NCBI GenBank assembly: GCA_964016885.1
Contig: OZ024763.1
Location: forward strand, 3,720,001-3,784,000
Direction: 5' to 3'
Source of the DNA: Eledone cirrhosa
Lineage: Eukaryota
Length of the DNA: 64,000 nucleotides
Shown: positions 56,227 to 64,000 of the stretch, piece by piece
Layout of the letters: each line of letters opens with the position of its first letter
How positions within the stretch are numbered: the stretch's first letter is position 1
Program-made: the position numbers and the translations under genes
Notes under the pieces: generated by a model
What the model was told of the DNA's origin: nothing
Databases searched by the model: none
What the model saw: only the letters and a program-made list of their open reading frames with translations

Positions 56227-56935
56227 TATCATCATCATCATCATCATCCGGTTTAGCGTCCGTGTTCCACGCTTGCATGGGTTTGGACGGGGGTTTTCCC
56301 ACTTGAGGCAAGAGTGGTTGTCTTGCTCGCATAGGACTGTCTGGCGGGTTTTCTACAGTTGGATGCCCTTCCTAACACCAACCACATTTACAGTGTGGGG
56401 CTGGGAGGTTTTTACCGTGTTGCCTACACGGCCACATTACAGCGTGGACTGTCTGGCGGGTTTTCTACAGCTGGATGCCCTTCCTAACACCAACCACATT
56501 TACAGTGTGGGTCTGGGAGGTTTTTACCGTGTTGCCTACACGGCCACATTTACAGCGTGGACTGTGTGTTTTTTGTCATGACACCTACACGATCTCATTT
56601 GTTTCGGCCTGGATGTTGTGGCACCAACATAACTTTACATTGAAAGGGGCGGTGTGGGTGGGGTGGAGGTGGTGGGACGGGGGTGTGTTTTGATAGAGAT
56701 GCCTACTGACTGTAGTAGGTTTTTACTTTGTATTTAGGTAAGGCGGGTCTTCTCTATTACTGAGTACCGCCAAAGGTCTCGGTCCAGTGACATTGTCTTG
56801 GAGAGGTGTAAGCGTGTGAGGTCGGAATTTATCAGCTCGTCCCAGGTTTTTCTGGGTCTACCTACTCCGTGGCTACCGTCTATCTTTATTGCCCTGCAAT
56901 TTGTTATACAGCTGTCGTCTTTCATGCGCATCACG
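56227..56935 (-). mobile_element. RTE LINE 3' fragment, same subfamily as 6800-10005, with full 3' UTR
   Basis: VMRMKDDSCITNCRAIKIDGSHGVGRPRKTWDELINSDLTRLHLSKTMSLDRDLWRYSVIEKTRLT nearly identical to 9630-9956; (cat)n tail at 56227. Confidence 0.9.
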
Positions 56936-57666
56936 TATATATGTATATATGTATATGTAATTATGTCTGTCTGTCTGTATATATATATATATATATTTAT
57001 ATGCATATATATACATACATATACACACTAGGGTCGAAGGGTCCGTGCACGCATTACAGAATCTTGAGTTGACCAATTGCGTCGATTGAAGCAAGTAGAA
57101 TTTTGGCTGCTTACTAAATCGTAGACACATAAAAAGATAACGCACACACACACACTACATGCGGCTTTGACTGGGAGGGTCATTTAGAAGGAATTGTGTG
57201 TGTGGGGGGGGGGGGGTGCACAGCCCCACTTTCCGCCATGGTGATTGGACTGCATGCCCTGCTTTCCAGGTTATCCTTTGCCACTGATACATACATATAC
57301 ATATTGTTATGTAAGACACTGTTGGTGTTTGGAACATAACTTAAGAAAGGTTCTTACATAAAATTACGATGGAAAGTCTTGAGATAAATATAAAGAAAGC
57401 CCTAAAAATTGTCTTTTATATAAATACAAACATTTTAAATGAATCAATTTTAAATCATAGAACCGGGGTCTATTTCGAACAATTTTTTCACCTCAGAAGT
57501 GTAAGAGTTACTTCCCTTGTCAATTCCAAATAACATTCAATAAATCAAAAGGGTTTACTACAAAATCAATCAAATTCTAATATTTATTACTGGAGATATA
57601 CATTTGATTGATTTCATTTTAGTAAAAAAAAAAACAAGACTGTTTTTTAATAATTTATTCTGTGTT

Positions 57667-57896
57667 TTATGTGATCCAGAGTTTGGTGGCAATCATGGCT
57701 GATTGTGTTGAAAGTAGAATTGCTGTGAAGTGGTAAAATGGCAGAAGAGGCTGGCCGCTAGAAATGCCATTACAAAACGAAGTATGACAGAATGTCACAC
57801 TCAAGTGATTCTTTGTAACTGTGGTGTTGCTAACTATATCGTCATTAAAGGGGTACGTTCCGTCACTACATCCTCGGACAATTGCCTTAATTTCAC
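57667..57896 (-). CDS. Terminal exon, shortened C-half of Ly6/LU protein lacking Cys7/Cys8; CNGI class
   Basis: Acceptor (ctt)n...ttttccattttag, phase 1; (G)EIKAIVRGCSDGTYPFNDDIVSNTTVTKNHLSVTFCHTSFCNGISSGQPLLPFYHFTAILLSTQSAMIATKLWIT*. Confidence 0.72.
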
Positions 57897-58831
57897 CTAA
57901 AATGGAAAAGAGAAGAAGAAGAAGAAGAAGAAGAAGAAGAAGAAGAAAAAGCAAAGCAAGAAATATATAAAATCTTCATTACCATTTAATATTTACTTTC
58001 CATGCTAACATATATATATATATATTGAAATAACAGATTAAAGTTTAAGCAAAGAATTGCTGCTTTCACCCTTAACAGGATCTTCTGAAACTATATATAT
58101 ATATGTCTTGTTAACCAGGCTGCTACTTTTAGCGGCATAGGATTTCGAGACATGCTGGGTTCCGAAGACACGTGCGATAATTCTTATTGCACACAATTCA
58201 GTCTTCTAATATTTTTAGAAGTGGAAGGATCACTAATTTCTTAACTACTGAAGAGCAAAGAAAAGTGTGGACTTCACTTAATAAGTTGTTGCGAAACAGT
58301 TTCCAAAACTGTCTAGTTGTTACCAGGCGATTGCCCAATATAGGTCTGTTATTTTCCTTAATTTACTACTTAAAATTAAGTGTGACAAACCATATTGCTG
58401 TAGTTAGTATTTTTTCACCCTAGCAAAACTAGTCCTTACGATTCGAACACATGTATGTTTATATTAGTGTTCATCTCTCTTGTTTATTCAATTATATATA
58501 TATATATGAAGAAAAAAAATTTGCAGACATTAAATTAGTTTTGGCATTGATTCACCTTTGGCCAGCCTAATGAGGCATCTACACCGAAAGTAAAACATAT
58601 ACTCTGCTCACATGTATTGAGTACTTTATTTGCAATGTTTTTCAGTAGCATTAATTGTAGAAAATGGCAGTAGAATTTGCTGGTGGTTGCTGTGAAGACC
58701 AGAGTTAGAAATAAGGGTTTAAGTCAAGATTTAGGATTAAAGTTATGGTTAGTAAAGTTTCAGTGTTATTAGCAAAGCATGAGTGTAATACAAGTTGACA
58801 CATACTCACTTGTATACATACATACATATAT

Positions 58832-58874
<43 letters not shown>

Positions 58875-59002
58875 GAGAGAGAGATAGAGAGAGGTAGAAC
58901 ACCTTCCGCCCGTGGTTTTGTATCACTTGGGTGAAGTGACCGTTACTGTGCATGTGTGTTCATACGGTTGTTCTTTCTGTTCCGTATAACCATGACCAGT
59001 CC

Positions 59003-59039
59003 GAGCTGAAGATCTGGATAAGGTGAAACAATTGTTTTC
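59003..59039 (+). ncRNA. Minimal hammerhead-like motif with palindromic stem III
   Basis: gag CTGAAGA tct-ggata-agg-t GAAA caattg TT ttc. Confidence 0.42.
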
Positions 59040-60131
59040 CTACTTATATATATATATATATATTTGAAAAAAGGAAAAGAATGACATCACTTGTAGTTCT
59101 AAACAATTTAATTTAATTTTATAATATAATATTATGAGTTGGTAGATCTAGTAAGTTCTTTGTTAACTTCCGTGGGAAGATTTTTAAAGATTCTAGATTA
59201 ACTCACCTGGAGAACTTTCTTGCATTCGTCAGTGGCGATTGTCAAGCTGAGATCAGCTGATCTCAACTTGACAATTGCCACCGAGGATAATTACCATTAT
59301 CAAAATTAAGGTATTGTTTTCAAAATAAATATCAAAATCTCATCTATTCGGTATTATGTGAATTACAATAGTATATATAGAGTAATGTAAATAATAAAGG
59401 GTTAAAATGTGATTTCTAATTTTGATACAAATGTTTGGGGTGAGGGGGAAAAAAAGTGAATTATATCGATACTTCATTTTATCAACCCTGGAAGGGTGAA
59501 ATGCACAGTTTAGGCAGAGATTTCATGCTACACCAGAAAGTATGTTGTCCGTTGCTCTACTGATTCTGCCAACCAATTGCCCTGACAATAATGGTTTCTC
59601 ATTTAGGCACATGTCAAACAATTTTTTAGGGGGAGAGGGAAAGTCAATTAAATCAACATCAGTGCATTACTGGTACTTTATTTTATTTTATTGACAAACC
59701 CCTGTAAGAATGAAAGGAAAAGATAACCTCAGTGGGATTTGAACTCAGAAAGTAAAGGGCCTTAACTGTATGTCACAAAGCATGGTGTCCGACGCTCTAC
59801 CAATTGCTACCAACCCATCACCCTCATCTTCCTGACAATAATGGTTTCTAATTTAGACACCAAGGGGAGGAGAAAGTCGATTAAATCAAACCCCAGTGCA
59901 TTACTGGTACTTTATTTTATCAACCCCGTAAGGATGAAAGGCAAAGATAACTTTGGCAGTATTTTAACTTAGAACGTAAAGGGCCATTACTCTGTGCCAC
60001 AAAGCATGTTGTCCAATGCTCTACCAGTTACCGCCTTCATCGCTCTGACAACAATAAAAGCATAAAAGAAACCAACAGATCAAAATGAGATTCAAATATT
60101 TTGTTTGATTTTTGTGTGTGTTGTTGTTGTT

Positions 60132-60397
60132 TTAGCATGAATGCAACAGAGTATAAACCCCAGTTGTTAAAATAAGGGACAATATAGATATCTGTTGGAT
60201 AAAGCTTGCAGTGCTCTGTGGCGCATTGCAATAGTCTGTGTTGCACACTGTTAAGCAAACTAAACCATTTTCAAAACTACATATAGTCGTGTTTTTAGAA
60301 GCATCGTGGTACAGCATTTTCTGGAAATGTACTCTATTGGTATCGAAAGTAAACGTTTTTCCATCTGAACATTCTCTTATCAGAAGACCTAAGTTAC
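60132..60397 (-). CDS. Terminal exon, C-half of Ly6/LU protein with GPI-type tail; CNAP class (gene A exon 3a)
   Basis: Acceptor ttgttttgtttttatccctcag, phase 1; (G)NLGLLIRECSDGKTFTFDTNRVHFQKMLYHDASKNTTICSFENGLVCLTVCNTDYCNAPQSTASFIQQISILSLILTTGVYTLLHSC*. Confidence 0.9.
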
Positions 60398-60617
60398 CTG
60401 AGGGATAAAAACAAAACAACAATTGTGGGCAGAGTGAATGTTTAAAACAAATTGTTTAGTAAGTTATTTATAATAATAATAATTGTTTCTACTTTTGGCA
60501 CAAGGCCAGCAATTATCCCAGTGCATTACTGGTACTTTATTTTATCAACCCTGTTAGGATGAAAGGCAAAGTTAAAATTTGAACTCAGAATTTGAACTCG
60601 GGATTTGACCCAGAACG

Positions 60618-62772
60618 TAAAGCCTTTACCATGAAAATACAATAGTATATATAGAGTAATGTAAATATTATGTGAGATATTATGTAAGGTAAAGCCTTTA
60701 CTGTGAAAATACAATAGTATATATAGAGTAATGTAAATGTTATGTGAGATATTATGTAAGGTAAAACCTTTACTGTGAAAATACAATAGTATATATAGAG
60801 TAATGTAAATATTATGTGAGATATTACTGTGAAAATACAATAGTATATATAGAGTAATGTAAATGTTATGTGAGATATTATGTAAGGTAAAACCTTTACT
60901 GTGAAAATACAATAGTATATATAGAGTAATGTAAATGTTATATGAGATATTATGTAAGGTAAAACCTTTACTGTGAAAATACAATAATATATATAGAGTA
61001 ATGTAAATGTTATGTGAGATATTATGTAAGGTAAAACCTTTACTGTGAAAATACAATAGTATATATAGAGTAATGTAAATATTATGTGAGATATTACTGT
61101 GAAAATACAATAGTATATATAGAGTAATGTAAATGTTATGTGAGATATTATGTAAGGTAAAACCTTTACTGTGAAAATACAATAGTATATATAGAGTAAT
61201 GTAAATATTATGTGAGATATTATGTAAGGTAAAACCTTTACTGTGAAAATACAATAGTATATATAGAGTAATGTAAAATATTATGTGAGATATTATGTGA
61301 GGTAAAGCCTTTACTGTGAAAATACAATGGTATATATAGAGTAATGTAAATGTTATGTGAGATATTATGTAAGGTAAAACCTTTACTGTGAAAATACAAT
61401 AGTATATATAGAGTAATGTAAATGTTATGTGAGATATTATGTAAGGTAAAACCTTTACTGTGAAAATACAATAGTATATATAGAGTAATGTAAATATTAT
61501 GTGAGATATTACTGTGAAAATACAATAGTATATATAGAGTAATGTAAATGTTATGTGAGATATTATGTAAGGTAAAACCTTTACTGTGAAAATACAATAG
61601 TATATATAGAGTAATGTAAATGTTATGTGAGATATTATGTAAGGTAAAGCCTTTACCATGAAAATACAATAGTATATATAGAGTAATGTAAATGTTATGT
61701 GACATATTATGTAAGGTAAAACCTTTACTGTGAAAATACAATAGTATATATAGAGTAATGTAAATGTTATGTGAGATATTATGTAAGGTAAAACCTTTAC
61801 TGTGAAAATACAATAGTATATATAGAGTAATGTAAATGTTATGTGAGATATTATGTAAGGTAAAGCCTTTACCATGAAAATACAATAGTATATATAGAGT
61901 AATGTAAATGTTATGTGACATATTATGTAAGGTAAAACCTTTACTGTGAAAATACAATAGTATATATAGAGTAATGTAAATGTTATGTGAGATATTATGT
62001 AAGGTAAAACCTTTACTGTGAAAATACAATAGTATATATAGAGTAATGTAAATATTATGTGAGATATTATGTAAGGTAAAACCTTTACTGTGAAAATACA
62101 ATAGTATATATAGAGTAATGTAAATGTTATGTGAGATATTATGTAAGGTAAAACCTTTACTGTGAAAATACAATATTATATATAGAGTAATGTAAATATT
62201 ATGTGAGATATTATATAAGGTAAAACCTTTACTGTGAAAATACAATAGTATATATAGAGTAATGTAAATATTATGTGAGATATTATGTAAGGTAAAACCT
62301 TTACTGTGAAAATACAATAGTATATATAGAGTAATGTAAATATTATGTGAGATATTATGTAAGGTAAAACCTTTACTGTGAAAATACAATAGTATATATA
62401 GAGTAATGTAAATATTATGTAAGGTAAAACCTTTACTGTGAAAATACAATAGTATATATAGAGTAATGTAAATATTATGTGAGATATTATGTAAGGTAAA
62501 ACCTTTACTGTGAAAATACAATAGTATATATAGAGTAATGTAAATATTATGTGAGATATTATGTAAGGTAAAACCTTTACTGTGAAAATACAATAGTATA
62601 TATAGAGTAATGTAAATGTTATGTGACATATTATGTAAGGTAAAACCTTTACTGTGAAAATACAATAGTATATATAGAGTAATGTAAATGTTATGTGAGA
62701 TATTATGTAAGGTAAAGCCTTTACTGTGAAAATACAATAGTATATATAGAGTAATGTAAATGCTAAACAGTT
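60618..62772. repeat. 72-bp minisatellite derived from the piggyBac-like MITE, filling gene A intron
   Basis: gtaaatattatgtgagatattatgtaaggtaaagcctttactgtgaaaatacaatagtatatatagagtaat at 60661 and 60733 onward; ends aaatgctaaacagttaa (decayed TIR). Confidence 0.95.
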
Positions 62773-62885
62773 AAAAAAAAAGGAAAAAACCCAAAGCCCC
62801 CACTCCAGAACCCCTGCCCGCCCCAAAAAAAAACAAACCCCAAAACAGAAAGAAAAAGAAACAAGAAAGACAACTCCATCCTCAC

Positions 62886-63062
62886 CTCCAACTTCTTTGG
62901 TTTCAATGACGCAAGACGCATTATGGGGGAAAGCGTAATCAGAACAATTTGCTGCAAATTTTGACTTTTCTTTCTTGGCAAATTCCTTAACGCTAGTCTG
63001 ACATTTGGAGCCAGGAAGAGTACTCTGACATTGGAAACACTGAAGACTGGACACACTCACAA
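62886..63062 (-). CDS. Ly6/LU N-half exon (gene A exon 2), 177 nt, phase 1-1; signal exon probably beyond the window
   Basis: Acceptor ttttccctccaattccag, donor G|gtgagg; xVSVSSLQCFQCQSTLPGSKCQTSVKEFAKKEKSKFAANCSDYAFPHNASCVIETKEVG(G); same length as 20733-20909 and shares SKFAxNCSxY. Confidence 0.9.
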
Positions 63063-63177
63063 CTGGAATTGGAGGGAAAATGGTTTCAGCTCGGATTTTG
63101 GTTTGGGGGTTATGTTATGTTAAAATCTATCACTGTTGCTGCTGTTGTTGGTAGCAACAACAGCAGCAACAGTCCCT

Positions 63178-63721
63178 AAGTAGTGGTAGTGGTAGTGGTG
63201 GTAGTAGTGTGGTGGTAGTAGTGGTGGCGGTAGTGGTAGTAGTAGTAGAGGTGGTTAGAGTAGTGGTATTAGTAGTAGTGTGGTGGTTAGAGTAGTGGTA
63301 GTAGTAGTGGTGGTGGTGGTTAAAGTAGTGGTAGTGGTGGTGGTGGTTAGAGTAGTGGTAGTAGTGTGGTGGTAGTAGTGGTGGCGGTAGTGGTAGTAGT
63401 AGTAGTGGTGGTTAGAGTAGTGTGGTGGTTAGAGTAGTGGTAGTAGTAGTGGTGGTGGTAGCAGTAGTGGTAGTAGTAGTGGTGGTGGTTAAAGTAGTGG
63501 TAGTGGTGGTGGTGGTTAGAGTAGTAGTAATAGTGTGGTGGTAGTAGTGGTGGCGGTAGTGGTAGTAGTAGTAGTGGTGGTTAGAGTAGTGGTATTAGTA
63601 GTAGTGTGGTGGTTAGAGTAGTGGTAGTAGTAGTAGTGTGGTGGTAGTAGTGGTGGTGGTGGTCCTAGTGGTGGTAGTGGTAGTGGTTGGGTTGCTGGTG
63701 GTAGAAGTAGTGGTGGTGTTG

Positions 63722-63764
<43 letters not shown>

Positions 63765-63770
63765 TAGTGT
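63178..63770. repeat. (GTA/GTG)n low-complexity tract
   Basis: Direct inspection. Confidence 0.9.
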
Positions 63771-63928
63771 AATAATCAGCCATTTTTCTTCAAGAGCCCA
63801 TGTTGGCTACAGATTATTCCAGACTTTCTTAGATTTACTAAGAGAGCCGAATGGGCAGGAATGTAGCCCATGTGGGTTGCAGACTGTTCCAGAATGGTTT
63901 AGATTTACTCAGAAAGCTGAATGGGTAG

Positions 63929-63986
<58 letters not shown>

Positions 63987-64000
63987 CAGCTCACACCTAT

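Noticed and set aside
59200-59240. Minus-strand donor CAG|gtgagt as signal exon for a third LU gene, or a hammerhead
   Set aside because: Upstream ATG gives only MQESSP, which is not hydrophobic; the CTGACGA...GAAA motif lacks stem I pairing
60526-62880. 449, 499 and 294 aa repetitive ORFs
   Set aside because: 72-bp satellite is a multiple of 3 and stop-free on the minus strand; only 62886-63062 of the 294-aa ORF is a real exon

Overview
Eukaryotic, very AT-rich, microsatellite-laden animal DNA. The repeat repertoire (RTE LINE, (GAT)n-tailed tRNA-SINEs, long (TA)n tracts) suggests an octopus or other coleoid cephalopod; this is inference, not a database result. Most ORF-track entries are microsatellite or satellite noise. 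The real host coding content is a minus-strand cluster of small, spliced, GPI-type Ly6/uPAR (LU, three-finger; quiver/sleepless-like) exons, all joined by phase-1 introns. Gene B has a signal exon (37107-37149), a 177-nt N-half exon (20733-20909) and two candidate terminal exons (17637-17908, 12332-12594). Gene A has a 177-nt N-half exon (62886-63062) and two candidate terminal exons (60132-60397, 57667-57896). Four C-halves for two intact N-halves suggests alternative last-exon use. The window also holds a near-intact RTE LINE with a PHD finger, CR1 and Ty3/gypsy fragments, Helitrons, piggyBac-, Tc1/pogo- and hAT-like MITEs, and several satellites. There are many type I hammerhead ribozyme motifs, some in inverted pairs inside gene B introns. 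A 2-kb satellite appears to be built from a disabled piece of that hammerhead element.
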